From the NCBI GenBank assembly GCA_973895155.1, contig OZ316896.1:23393722-23457721 (forward strand): a DNA stretch of 64,000 bases. The letters run 5' to 3'. The notes under the pieces are model-generated. The model was not told the DNA's origin. It made no database searches and worked only from the letters and a program-made list of their open reading frames with translations. Each line of letters begins with the position of its first letter. Position 1 is the first letter of the stretch. Positions 1 through 11,147 of this stretch are shown piece by piece. Made by a program: the position numbers and the translations under genes. This DNA comes from Marsupella aquatica (taxonomy: Eukaryota > Plantae > Marchantiophyta).

Positions 1-1439
1 TCTCCAGCAAAGGGGTTTTCTCTTGTGAGCCGGTGTAGGCCTACCTCTGTAGTAGTGTCCTGCATTGTTGCCGTTGCCGTTGTTGTTGCCGATGCCGATT
101 TCTTTTCTTTCTCCAGTAGTTTCAGCAGACTCTGCATACCTGGTTGCTGCATCGGCAAGTCCTCCTTCTTGGGCCTAAACACCTGCTCGATCGTAGGGCT
201 AACAGGTGGTTGAGGCTTCTCAGCCAACGGCCTCGGCGTTGGAGCTTCCTCGGGTGCCCTTACCTGCAGGGGAAGTACTGGGGCAAAAGTCTGACCTCTG
301 GCATACCGGCACAACAGCGGCATGTGATAGCCAAGTCGCGACACGCTCCCCATGCCGATTACCTGCTGCTCCTCCTTTAAGATCTTCTTCAATTGGTTGA
401 GGAGGTACCCGTTGTAGTCCCGGCTTGGGTCTGGCCTTTCTGCCAGATAGACCTGTGCCTTGCCGATCTCTGCCCTCGGCAAGTTACAATGCATGGTCAC
501 CTGCAAGAAGTCGATCATCTCTCCTATGTGCGGGTTGGTGCAGGTGTTCCGGAAGAAGCCATTCTTCGTTGATGGCCCGGGGAACGACCGGAACTCCTTG
601 TCAGGCAAGGTCTTCCTGGTATCAACTTTGGTCTTATTGCCTATCGGCAAGCCAAACACTTCGGCAATTACCTTGGGAGTAAGATAGAAATCCTTCCCAT
701 ATATCCTCGTGCAATTGGTCTCAGGTTCCCATGACCCCACGAATTCTAATAGGTCTGACTCCGGTACCTCCGGCTTCAGCCATGGTAATCTTACAAAGGC
801 CTCTAAGCCGGATCCGGCCATGAAGCCTTGGTACTTCTTGGTCTGCATGGCCGTAAAGCATGCATCCTCCTCCCGTGCAAAATGTAGTTGCACCTCCACC
901 GGTAGGGTTGCCGCCCAGCCCTTCCAGGTGTCATCCCTGGTTGGAATGGCCTTGATGGGATCGACCTCCTCCTCTTCGGCTTCTCCCTGCCTCCTGCTCT
1001 GCTGCTCGGCTGGCTTCTTTGGTGCCGCCGACCTTGTTCTTTTTGCCGGGGTGGCTTCATCGTTGACGGCTCCCTTCCTCTTCATCTCTGCTGCCGTGGA
1101 GGTTTCTCCTAGCACCGTTGCCTGGGTCCACCTTTCCGTGCTACCCTTTAATTCCCAGTGTATGTCGTTGCAGTTCTTGATGGCCTCTCGGATGCCGACG
1201 ACGCTGTCTTTGCAAAACAGAAGATCGTCGAGTTGATTGGAAGTAGGCGTCCACAGGAACTCGTCCTTGATGAGTTTGCCTCCTAAGAAAGCCGTCTTCT
1301 GCAGCTCCCACAATCGAGCGAGCTCCTGCCGTTCTCGAGCTGCCCTTTCTAATTCCTCGTCCTCGTAAGTCTTGATGTACTCAGTTGCCCGTTCGAACAG
1401 GCATCCCCAGAAATGTGCCGCTTGATTGACGTTGCTCAT
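1..1439 (-). CDS. LTR-encoded protein, N-terminal part (open to the window edge)
   Basis: ATG AGC AAC GTC AAT at 1439 on the minus strand. Collinear with the 1124-aa ORF at 21136. Probably absent from the ORF track because no stop lies inside the window. Confidence 0.8.
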   Translation of the reverse strand, partial: MSNVNQAAHFWGCLFERATEYIKTYEDEELERAARERQELARLWELQKTAFLGGKLIKDEFLWTPTSNQLDDLLFCKDSVVGIREAIKNCNDIHWELKGSTERWTQATVLGETSTAAEMKRKGAVNDEATPAKRTRSAAPKKPAEQQSRRQGEAEEEEVDPIKAIPTRDDTWKGWAATLPVEVQLHFAREEDACFTAMQTKKYQGFMAGSGLEAFVRLPWLKPEVPESDLLEFVGSWEPETNCTRIYGKDFYLTPKVIAEVFGLPIGNKTKVDTRKTLPDKEFRSFPGPSTKNGFFRNTCTNPHIGEMIDFLQVTMHCNLPRAEIGKAQVYLAERPDPSRDYNGYLLNQLKKILKEEQQVIGMGSVSRLGYHMPLLCRYARGQTFAPVLPLQVRAPEEAPTPRPLAEKPQPPVSPTIEQVFRPKKEDLPMQQPGMQSLLKLLEKEKKSASATTTATATMQDTTTEVGLHRLTRENPFAG

Positions 1440-1815
1440 ACCCTCCTTAGGTCGATCGTCGGTATCTACTCTCTCCCCGAGTGCTTGCCTAAGCAGCTGA
1501 CAGTAGTTGGCCTCCCGTAGTCGTCTGCCTAGTTTGTGCTCGCAAATGAGCCACCATCTCCTGCAAGCACTCCTTACCCCTCTCCTCTGCCGGTCCTTCT
1601 TCCCGTTGATCCTTCCTAGCCGCCGACGCTTAACGCGCCCTAACCCTAATCGAGTTTTCACCCTCAGCGTCCTTACCTCCGGCCTCGGCCCGGGTTCCAT
1701 GGTTGCCCCTAATGGTTTATATTTTCCTTGTTTTGTCCCTATACTAAGGTGTTCCTAGGGTGCCTTCCTGCTTTACCCACTTAACTGGCCGAGTGATTCC
1801 TGTCTAGGCATCACA
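1..1815 (-). repeat. 3' LTR of element 1 (5' part only; runs off the window)
   Basis: Begins TGTGATGCCTAG on the minus strand directly after the PPT. Near-identical to the reverse complement of 20759-22570. Confidence 0.93.
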
Positions 1816-2235
1816 TAGCTCCCCACTTAATTGTGAAGCGTCCTCGCGAACCACTTCATCTTCGTCCATATAGTATTTCTTGAGGCGGTCATAATGGATG
1901 CGAACTGGATATACCTCTCCCGTAATGTTGGCCAATTGTACGAAGCCATTGGGGAACATCATGGTTACTCTAAAGGGTCCTAACCAGCGAGTGTAAAGCT
2001 TTCCTGGAAACCTACTATACCTACTGTCATAAAGTAGCACAAGATCACCGGTGTGAATACTAACTACTTTCAACTTTTTATCATACTGCTGCTTCATGAT
2101 ATTCTGTCTATATTCTACTCTCTCGGCTGAAATCATTCTCGCCTCCTCTAAAGCTTCTAACCTATATTCTCGCTCCTTTAGGCTCTCCTCCGCTGAGGCT
2201 CTTTCCTCAATTGTAACTTGAAATGTCGGTATCTC
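1804..2235 (-). pseudogene. Integrase C-terminus (GPF/Y motif), separated from the core by the LINE
   Basis: KLYTRWLGPFRV motif. Continues LEIPT|FQVTIEER across the LINE TSD. The stop codon falls just inside the LTR. Confidence 0.88.
1816..1830 (-). other. Polypurine tract of element 1
   Basis: TTAAGTGGGGAGCTA immediately precedes the LTR TG. An identical tract lies at 27166-27180. Confidence 0.8.
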
Positions 2236-2322
2236 CGAAATGTCGGGGAGAAGGAAGGCGAAGCTCTGCACTAGGGGCGTGGAACAATTGGAAGAGGGGC
2301 GAATGAGGTTAACCAGGATGCA

Positions 2323-3993
2323 ATGGTGGGGAGTGAGGTGCCACAAGAAAATGTGGAGATGCAGGACGCGCCCGTGGAGGATGACGAATCTGAAGAGTGT
2401 ATCAAGATCCTGCGCGAGATTGCGATCAGGTCCAAAGGTGATCTTGACAAGAGACTCTTTGCAGAAGTGGAATGGAACCTACCGGAAGCAGCTCGTAATG
2501 TGAGACAACTATATAATTGCGCTCTCATATGCTACTTCACGGGAAGAACGCCACTCCTCAATGATTTTAGAGCATGGGTAGACGAAGTGATGACAAACCA
2601 GGAGGGATGGCCGGTACTTCAGGTTAAATTCGTAGGGAAGAACTTTTACATGATAGTGTTTGAGGATCCTAATCACAGGGATCTGGCACTCAACTACGCA
2701 CCATGGTTTATGGAGAGACGATTTATATACACGTTCCCATGGGATCCATCCTTTGATGTTAAATGTGAGAACTTCACGAAGCTCCCAGTGTGGATTGAGA
2801 TACCGTTTAGGGACCTTGCACTAGAGGGCTGCAGAAGAAAGATTGCGTGCTCTCTAGGGACTCTGCTGTACTACATTCAGGGGAACAAATTCAGTTTGTA
2901 TCCCCACGATCGGGCTTGCATCCTTTGGGACACGGACAGGGAAGTCCCTGCCAGTGTGAAGATTCGAATTCGTGATGACATTATTATCTGGCAACCGGTG
3001 ACGTTTAAAAATATCCCCTATCACTGGTTTCGATGCAACCAAAGAGGTCACCTGGCCCGTGAATGTAAAGTAATCTTGGAGACTGCCGGTGCTCTACGGA
3101 TGGGAGCGGACCCGCCGGACGAGAAAGATGACGAGAGACACTCTGAGGCTGATCAGGAGGAGGTGTTGAGGGCTAAAGAAAATGCTGAAGCACGTGCTAT
3201 TTTTTGGGGAGCCATGGTGCCTCCTGTGCTGGAGGTACCCTTTTCAGTGGAGGAGGATATCGCTCAGGTGGAGTTGCTAATTGTTAGTCCGGTTCCTGGG
3301 GAGATGGCAGGGCGGGACTTGGGGCCGCTGCTGCGGGAGAACCCGGATTTGCGGGTGGCGGCTTTCTCTTCGGGAACCAGGGAGAGAAGTGCTGATTCTC
3401 TCCTGACGCCTGGGCGGGCTGGCTGCATGGAGGACTCACAAGACACAGAGGCTGCCAGGATTCCACTACTGGCTGTCGTTGTCCCGTCAATTGGGCAACG
3501 GACTACTCAGAGAAATTCAGTGGAACAAGGAATTGAAGCCCTTACTACTCCCAATTCGCGTGATGGAAATGATGAGACCTTCTCCTTTCACGAAGAATCT
3601 GATGCGGAGATGTCTGAATATGAAGCTTATATTTCACACAGCAAATTCAAAGCTAGAGCCCGCAAGCAAGAACTTCGCACACCGCCCTCTGAAAGGACTG
3701 AGAAGGCCAAAGGTGAGGCTAAGAAGCAAAGATCAATTAGATTCTCACGTGGTGCCATGTCTGATGCAGGAAGTGCGGACGGGATTACAATGCACAAGCG
3801 ACTGCTGCTCACCATTCCTAGAGGGAGCGATTGTGATGCAAGGGTCCAGGGGAATGCTCCTTTTGGCGGTGGAGTGGCGCATATAGCATCCCCCATGCGT
3901 GTCTCTCCTGCTGGCTCTATTAATGGATATTTGAGTGGACCTATGGGTCGAGATGTGACGGGGATGTCTCCCGGGGGACGGAATAGACTATGA
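2323..3993 (+). CDS. LINE ORF1 (DUF4283-like RRM region plus zinc knuckle)
   Basis: Motifs typical of plant L1 ORF1: APWF...WDPSF...LPVWIEIP and xFRCNQRGHLAREC. The first Cys of the knuckle is replaced by Trp. Confidence 0.85.
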   Translation: MVGSEVPQENVEMQDAPVEDDESEECIKILREIAIRSKGDLDKRLFAEVEWNLPEAARNVRQLYNCALICYFTGRTPLLNDFRAWVDEVMTNQEGWPVLQVKFVGKNFYMIVFEDPNHRDLALNYAPWFMERRFIYTFPWDPSFDVKCENFTKLPVWIEIPFRDLALEGCRRKIACSLGTLLYYIQGNKFSLYPHDRACILWDTDREVPASVKIRIRDDIIIWQPVTFKNIPYHWFRCNQRGHLARECKVILETAGALRMGADPPDEKDDERHSEADQEEVLRAKENAEARAIFWGAMVPPVLEVPFSVEEDIAQVELLIVSPVPGEMAGRDLGPLLRENPDLRVAAFSSGTRERSADSLLTPGRAGCMEDSQDTEAARIPLLAVVVPSIGQRTTQRNSVEQGIEALTTPNSRDGNDETFSFHEESDAEMSEYEAYISHSKFKARARKQELRTPPSERTEKAKGEAKKQRSIRFSRGAMSDAGSADGITMHKRLLLTIPRGSDCDARVQGNAPFGGGVAHIASPMRVSPAGSINGYLSGPMGRDVTGMSPGGRNRL

Positions 3994-4047
3994 GACGCAA
4001 GGATGGGGGGTGGCTGTGCCAGGATATAATTTTGGCATAGTAGGAGG

Positions 4048-7000
4048 ATGGACGGAAGGCTCAGGGTGGCATCCTGGAACGTTTGTGGACTTTGTGAGCC
4101 TAACCGTAAGCATATTGTTAAGAATTGGGTAAGATCGCTGAAGGTACCGCTGGGGATTCTGGCCCTTCAAGAAGTGAAAGCTGATCAATTTAGACTTGAT
4201 ATGGCTCTGCGGGCTATTCTCCCATCATATCAGCACTTTTCTTCTGAGCCGGAGGAGGGAAAGGGAGGAACGGCACTACTGGTACACCCTGAGCTGAGGG
4301 TGGTGGGCTCGGGAACACTGGATATGGGAAGGGCGGTATGGGCTGTGATCGAGAAGGGAGCGGTGACCTTCGGAGTTGCGTGTATATATGCTCCCAATTC
4401 AGCTAGACTAAGAGCTCTGCTATGGAATGATCTAAAGGTGATGCTACCACACAATGACTGGGTGCTGTGTGGTGACTTCAATATGACGGAACGCAGAACG
4501 GACTCGACTGGTACATCGCCGCTGATCCGCGGTAGAGAGGCTGAGTTTTGGAGATTCTTGAAGATGAGATTTAATTTGACAGACGCGTGGGACATTAGGG
4601 GAGGAGCTGCTGGCCCGCGCTTCACGTGGAGAAGGAATCGGAATGGAGAGATGTCACAGTCTTGACTCGACAGGATTTATGTTAGTGAAAGGGGAGAATG
4701 GCTTCGTGAGGTGGAACTCCTGCATGACGGGGGCTCAGCCCTTTCGGATCATGATCCTGTTATGTTGAATGTGCAGCTCTCTGGACTGACAGAGACGGTG
4801 GAGAGAGGCAAAGTGCGTCTCTTCATGGCCAACCCGGCGTTTCTACGGAGAAGGGAGGACATTCTGTGGCTGGAGGCTGCTTGGAGGGTGGGACGAGGAG
4901 ATTTTGTGGACCCGCGGCTGCACTTTGCTAAGGGCAGCTGGAAAATGCGTCAAACATTGAAGGAAATTCAAGCCCAACCAAGGACAACTGAGATGGAGAT
5001 GGCAGCTCAGCGAGCTCAGTTGCGAGTTCTTAAGATGGCCATTATAGAACACCATTCAGAGGGAGACATTGCAGAGTTCATGGACGCGGAAGACACTCTA
5101 CATGCTTCAGAGTTGGAGGAAGCACACAGAGGACGACGGCTAGCCAGAATTAAGTGGTTAAGTGAAGGAGACGAGTCAACAAAGTTTTTCTTTGCTACAG
5201 TGAGGGCTAAGCGATCTCGTGAGTCCATGCCTTCCCTGAATAGGGAGGACGGGAGTACAGTAGCTGACCCTGGAGAAATCCTGAAGGAGGTAGAAAGGTT
5301 CTGCCAAACATTATACTCGCCTGAGCCGCGATTGGAAGCGGAGTTGGAAGAGGTTCGTGTGGCCAAAGACAGACTGCTTGGCAACACGAGGTTTGCACTC
5401 TCTGGAGCGGAGAATTTGAGGATGGAGAGACTCCCGTCATACCAGGAGGTGAAGGAGGTGCTGTGGCTCCTGCCTTGTGACAAAACGCCGGGACCGGATG
5501 GCATGACAGCTGAGGTCTATAGAGCATGCTGGGAGTTTCTCGGGCAAGATCTGGTGGATATGATACAGGAGTTCTGGCTTACGGGGGCTTTGGACGTTGG
5601 AATCTGTGAAGGAATTGTGAAGTTCATACCCAAGAAACCTGATAAACGGTTTTTAAGGGACTGGCGCCCTTTGACAATGTTAAATACTATATACAAGCTC
5701 ATTGCCAAGATCCTCGCTATACGACTCAAACCGATTCTACACATGATTATTAGCCCGCAACAGACTGGATTTATACCTGGAAGACACATTCTTGAAAATA
5801 TTTCCTTAGCCTGGCTTACATGTGACTGGGTGCACAACAAGAGGAGAGAGGCATTGTTCCTAAAACTGGATTTTGAGAAGGCCTTTGACCGTGTTTCACA
5901 TGACTACTTATGGGAATGCATGCACCTACTGGGCATCAGCGGACGCTTCACTATGCTGGTCAGGGCCCTGCTAGCACAGGCATCTTCCAGGGCCTTGGTG
6001 AACGGATTACTATCAAACACATTTGAGCTTAAACGAGGGGTAAGACAGGGCTGTCCACTGTCACCATTGTTGTTTGTCATCTCCACGCAACCTCTTATGG
6101 ACTTTCTCGATACTGAGATGGCGGAGGGCCGACTTTGTGGACTGCAGATCACCCCTGGATTCACTATCTGCTATAGACTGTTTGCGGATGATGTTGGGAT
6201 GTTTATCCCGGCCACAGAGCGTGCCTTTGAGGAAGCAACCACTGCTCTAGAATGCTATGAGATGGCTAGTGGGGCGCGACTGAATCTGAAGAAATCCGTT
6301 GTGATCCCATTGGCATTGGAAAGGATCCCAGAGTGGCTGAACAACACAGGCTGCCTTATCAGCCGAAGAGGCGAGATACAGAAATACCTGGGGGCACCTT
6401 TTGGGGAGAGTTTGAGCACGGAACAACTGCACAAATTCTGTTTGGATAAGATTTGTGCCAGACTTTCTGTTTGGTCCAACAAACTTCTTTCTTTTACTGG
6501 CCGTTCACTACTGGTCAAACAGGTACTACTTGCTATCCCGATCTACCATGTAATGTATTGCAAGGCATCTGTAGGCCTGGCGAAGAAGATGATTGCTCTG
6601 AGCAGGGAATTTTTATGGGGATATAATGCCACTGGAGGACGGAAGGTCCCCCTGGTGGCCTGGGATCGGATGGCTTTGCCACGTGTGGAAGGGGGGCTGG
6701 GATTCCGGGACTTCCGCAGTCACTCTGATGCATTACTCTCTCAATGGTTCACTAAGGCACTTAACGCGCCTGAGACGGAATGGTCTAGGATGTTGGCAGC
6801 CAACCTGAAATTGATGGGGTGGACGAACTACAAAATTATTAGGCGAAATGGATACTCCTTCCAGGACCGGCTGCTACTGTGCACGCCTCGTTCATTTAGT
6901 GGGCTCCCCTACACGACAGGTCTCTGGAGAAGCTGGGAGCTAGTGAGAGCCCACTTATTCTTCGATCCTGGACGGACGGGGCCGCCTTCCCGGTGGAGCA

Positions 7001-7968
7001 TCATGGATACCCTCAAGTGTATGGTGGGCTTCAATTCCCTTCCGAATAAAGCCCTCATAGAGATTGCTGCGATTTGTGGCAGGCTGGGATTGAGGTCTAT
7101 TGGTGATGGATGGTCGACGGAGGATGGATGTTGGAAGGACCTACCGCTACGATGGCACAATATGCGTGGCTTTTCTGATGAGCATCGAACGATGGCTCGT
7201 TCGTTCTTGGAGTGCCTTTGGCGGGCAGACAATTGCCGATCTGAATACTACTTGTATGCCAAGCAGTGGAGATGGACAGACAGACCGGAGCCGCTGAAGG
7301 ACTTCAGAATCGAGAATTGTAGAGTGTATGATTTCTTAAGGCCTAAGACTGCATCCCATGACCGCCTCAATCGGATCTGGTCACTGTCCTGGCCTGAGAT
7401 GCGCTGGAATATGTGTTGGGCTAAGCTTTGGGGGTCTGATCTTCCGATTAGAGGCAAGACCTTTGTGTGGAGGATTATTGTAGGGGGCCTTTTCACTGGG
7501 GCACGTGCGCTCAGAATGGAGGTGAGTAATGGAGATTGCAAGCTTTGCAAAGGATGGCTGGAGACGATCCCCCACGTGTTCTTCCACTGTACACATGCGG
7601 TCCGTTGCTGGCTACTCTGTCAGGATTCGTTGCAGATTCTGGGCTTGCCAATGGGACGAGGTCTGATGGCTCTTTTAGAGGCGGCCTGCGGGAAGGAGCC
7701 TGTGCAAGTGGCCCGGATCTTCGTCTTGCACCATATTATGTGGCGACTCTGGACGGGAAGGAACACTCACATGTTTCAGGTGGGGGGGAGACGGGTGTTT
7801 GACTTGGGACTTGTTCTGAATGAGGCAGCGGAGAACGCTTTTGCTGTTAGTCGGCGCTGCCCCCCGGGCAGGAAGTGCACCCGCCTGATTCGGGCAAAGG
7901 CATGGATGGATGACCTGCGTAGGGTTTGGCTAGGCAGTGGCAGCATTGCTGTCAATTCTTTTGCCTAA
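4048..7968 (+). pseudogene. LINE ORF2 (AP endonuclease, reverse transcriptase, zf-RVT) with one premature stop
   Basis: SWNVCGL, LQEVK, GDFN, SDHDP, LDFEKAFD, GVRQGCPLSP, LFADD and CKLC...H..FHC motifs. In-frame TGA at 4663-4665 where S-R-LDR is expected. Confidence 0.92.
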
Positions 7969-8230
7969 GGGGGACCGTGGCTTCCTGGATGATCTGACTG
8001 TTGGATGCCCTCTTATGTTGGGCTTGGGCTTGTGTTGGTGATTGATTTTCCCTTTTCCACTGTTTGGTGGTCAGGGGGCTGTGGGATATGCGCTGGTGAT
8101 GTGTGCCTGTGCGCTGTGTGTTCGGCTTTGTTTTATGTCGCTTGGTCTGGCCTTCTGGTCTGTCTGTTTGCCCTCCCCGTGGGGCTTTTCGCGGGGGAAC
8201 CAAAAATTATAAAAATGTTCCCATTCCAAG

Positions 8231-8969
8231 GAAATGTCGGTATCTCAAGTTGCATGGGTACCAGGGCTTCTTGTCCAAAGGTTAAGAAGAAGGGTGTATG
8301 ACCGGTAGTGGATTTATAGGCAAGACTGTAAGCAAAAACAACAGCAAACAATTTATCATCCCAATCGAGTTTGTTCTGAGCTACTGTCTTGTTCAATATC
8401 TTTCCTATAATTCCGTTTGCTCGTTCTGTCAACCCATTTGCCTTTGGATGGTAGGGAGTAGTAGGCCTATGTTTAACTAAATACTGCTCATTTAAACGAC
8501 TAATTATATCATTCAAAAAATGGGTTCCTCTATCACTAACTAATTCTAGGGGTGCTCCATACCTGGTGAAGATCTGCTCATACATGAATCTAGCCGTAGT
8601 AATTGCATCATCCTTCGTTGTTGGTCTGGCCTCTACCCATTTAGTTGCATAATCCGTAGCCAGGATTATGTACTTGTTCCGTCGAGGGTGGGTCAGTGGT
8701 TTCAGAGGTCCAATGTAATCAATACCCCACTTCTCGAATGGTGCCAGAGGTAGAATAGGGTGCAGTGGATGTCTGGTGGACGCCCTTGGTCCTCCCGCTC
8801 GTTGACAAGGATCGCATTGTTTGATAAACTGATAGACATCCTTGTGCAAGGTGGGCCACCAGTAACCGGCATTTAATATCTTCTTAGACGTGGTTACTGG
8901 GGCAAAATGTCCTCCGGCCTCCTCTCCATGCATGGCCCGTAGGACTCGTTTTACCTCTCTCTTTTCCAA
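8231..8969 (-). pseudogene. Gypsy integrase HHCC and catalytic core, element 1
   Basis: H..GGHF...CDPCQR, WGIDYIGP, LVSDRGTHF and YHPKANGLTER motifs. A frameshift lies near 8960-9000. Confidence 0.92.
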
Positions 8970-11056
8970 ACACCTTTGAATCGTGCCGTTGATTCCATGC
9001 TTGTGAGTATGCCTTTAATGCACTGATACTGTCTGACCTTCCGCACAAAGACTGCGGCTTGCTCTCGGCTTAATCCTGGCTGTAATCTGGAAGTGCTGAG
9101 AAATTGTAAAATCTCAGGGTACCATGTATCAGCTATTTCCACAACGAATAGCTCCTCGTCGGGGAATCGATCATCGATGCAATCCGTGGCAGGTTTACCT
9201 GTGATCCTTGAAAAGAAGTCGGCATTGGCGTGTAACTTTCCCGGCTTGATCCTCAGCTCATAGTCAAACTCCTGTAATAGCAAAATCCATCTTGCTACTC
9301 TGCCTGTAAGGTCCGGCTTATTGACTAGGTACTTCAAACTTTCATGATCGGTATGAAAGATTACCTTGTACCCTAGTAAATAATGCCTAAACTTTTTACA
9401 AGAATAAATGACTCCTAATGCTTCTCTCTCTGTGGTGGAGTAGTTCCGTTCGGCATCGGCAAGCTGACGACTTGCGAAGTATATGGGATGGTCCCTTCCT
9501 TTCTCATCCAACTGACTTAGTACTGAGCCGATACAGAAGCCCGAGACATCTACAAAAACATGAAAATCTTTGTTCCAGTCCGGTGCTATCATGACTGGGG
9601 CCTCTACTAACATCTGCTTCAATTCTACCACCGCTGTGACTCGTTCGGGTGTGGGTTCGAAGTCTGCTCCTGCCTTGAGCATGTTGGTTAATGGTAAAGC
9701 TAGCTTGGCAAAATCCTTGATGAACCGGCGATAGTAACCAATGCATCCCAAGAAGGATCTTACATCCTTTATGTTCTTAGGTTGCATGATATCTAGCCAT
9801 ACTGCTAGCTTACCTTTGTCAATCTCAATGCCCTTCCTTGATACCTTGTGACCTAGTAGCACCCCCTCGGTTACTGCAAAGAAACATTTATCTGGGTGTA
9901 ACTTGAGACCCACCTCTCTACATCTCATGAAGGTTTTCCTGAGGTATTTAACATGTTTCGATGCCTTCCCGAATACTGCAAAGTCATCAATGAAGATTTC
10001 CATGAACTTTCTCAAGTAATCATGAAAAATGTTCACCATTAATCGTTGAAACATAGCTGGTGCGTTGCAGAGTCCAAACGGCATACGATTGAAGACATAG
10101 ATCCCCCATTCCGTGATGAAGGCCGTCTTGATTTGGTCTTCCTGCCGAATCCTGATTTGGTTATAACCAGAGTATCCATCCATGAATGAATATAGTTCAT
10201 GACTGGCTACCATGTCTAGTACCATATCAGTAAACGGTAAAGGAAAATGGTCTTTTAATGTTGCTTCATTCAGCTTCCTGTAATCCTGACAAACCCGGAT
10301 CTTGGGTTTACCATCGGGTCCAGCTTTCTTGGGAACTATCACAATTGGAGACACCCAGTCTGAATGCAGGACTGGAGTGATGAATCCAGCTTCCACTAGT
10401 TTGTCGATTTCTATTTTGACCAGCAGGGAATACTTCGGGTTCATCCTTCGAATTGGTTGTCGAAATGATTTGGCTCCTAACATGAGATCAATTCGATGTT
10501 CCCCTAGTGTTGGATCTACTCCCTTTAGATCTTGGTGACTCCATGCGAACACATCCTGAAATTCAATCAATAAGTCACTGATCTCTTTCTCGAGCTTAGG
10601 TGCTAGGTTTCTCCCTAAGTTCAGTTCTCTTCCCTCTCCTAAGTCGAGCTTCCGATATTGCCGTGCTTGGATCATATTAATCTGCTTCTTCAAATTCGGG
10701 TCCAGTTCGGCTTCCAGTCTCTCCAATCTCATACCTCCATAAACTGGAATCTCGGCTGGACTAGCCGAGTCAGTCCCTTCCTTGGTGTCCATAGATTGTC
10801 CCCTTGCCGGTCTATTCGGTTTTGAATTGGTGGTCGGCTCCCCTTCCTGCCTTGGCTCTGGATTGTGTCTGTCCATCTCATCCACCTCTTGCTCCTGAGA
10901 GTCAGGCCGCTGTGCTCTCTCGGCTTCTAATAGGGCCTCAATTTGTTCTGCCCTCGTAATCGGCTTGTATGCCGATCCCTTGGTATTTAATTCCTTGCCG
11001 ATGATCGATGGCGTTGTGAACCCTGCCGGCTCTGCCACAACGCCTGCAGAAAATCC
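8951..11056 (-). CDS. Gypsy pol: reverse transcriptase and RNase H, element 1
   Basis: RVCQDYRKLN, MDGYSGYNQI, MPFGLCNAP, FIDDF, VDVSGF and YSTTEREAL motifs. Confidence 0.93.
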   Translation of the reverse strand, partial: GFSAGVVAEPAGFTTPSIIGKELNTKGSAYKPITRAEQIEALLEAERAQRPDSQEQEVDEMDRHNPEPRQEGEPTTNSKPNRPARGQSMDTKEGTDSASPAEIPVYGGMRLERLEAELDPNLKKQINMIQARQYRKLDLGEGRELNLGRNLAPKLEKEISDLLIEFQDVFAWSHQDLKGVDPTLGEHRIDLMLGAKSFRQPIRRMNPKYSLLVKIEIDKLVEAGFITPVLHSDWVSPIVIVPKKAGPDGKPKIRVCQDYRKLNEATLKDHFPLPFTDMVLDMVASHELYSFMDGYSGYNQIRIRQEDQIKTAFITEWGIYVFNRMPFGLCNAPAMFQRLMVNIFHDYLRKFMEIFIDDFAVFGKASKHVKYLRKTFMRCREVGLKLHPDKCFFAVTEGVLLGHKVSRKGIEIDKGKLAVWLDIMQPKNIKDVRSFLGCIGYYRRFIKDFAKLALPLTNMLKAGADFEPTPERVTAVVELKQMLVEAPVMIAPDWNKDFHVFVDVSGFCIGSVLSQLDEKGRDHPIYFASRQLADAERNYSTTEREALGVIYSCKKFRHYLLGYKVIFHTDHESLKYLVNKPDLTGRVARWILLLQEFDYELRIKPGKLHANADFFSRITGKPATDCIDDRFPDEELFVVEIADTWYPEILQFLSTSRLQPGLSREQAAVFVRKVRQYQCIKGILTSMESTARFKGVWKRER
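10997..11056 (-). promoter_or_regulatory. Candidate -1 ribosomal frameshift signal (element 1)
   Basis: G GAT TTT, a 5-nt spacer, then stem GGCGTTGTGG/TCACAACGCC. The loop GCCGG can pair with downstream TCGGC. Pol is in the -1 frame. Confidence 0.7.
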
Positions 11057-11147
11057 ACTGTCCCTGCTACTGCTCCCCACTTAGCCGTTTCATCCAATTG
11101 GTCTACATCCTTTACTTCCTCCGGAATTGCAGCTAAAAAGGTGGATT

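Larger units (their letters stand above)
2236..8230 (+). mobile_element. L1-clade LINE inserted in the gypsy integrase
   Basis: ORF1 plus ORF2 (EN-RT-zf), flanked by a 16-bp TSD GAAATGTCGGTATCTC at 2220-2235 and 8231-8246. Confidence 0.93.

Noticed and set aside
709-1236. Recurring 175-aa and other antisense ORFs over the LTR gene
   Set aside because: Shadow frames of the long ORF, starting at non-ATG codons and repeated only because the LTR is repeated.
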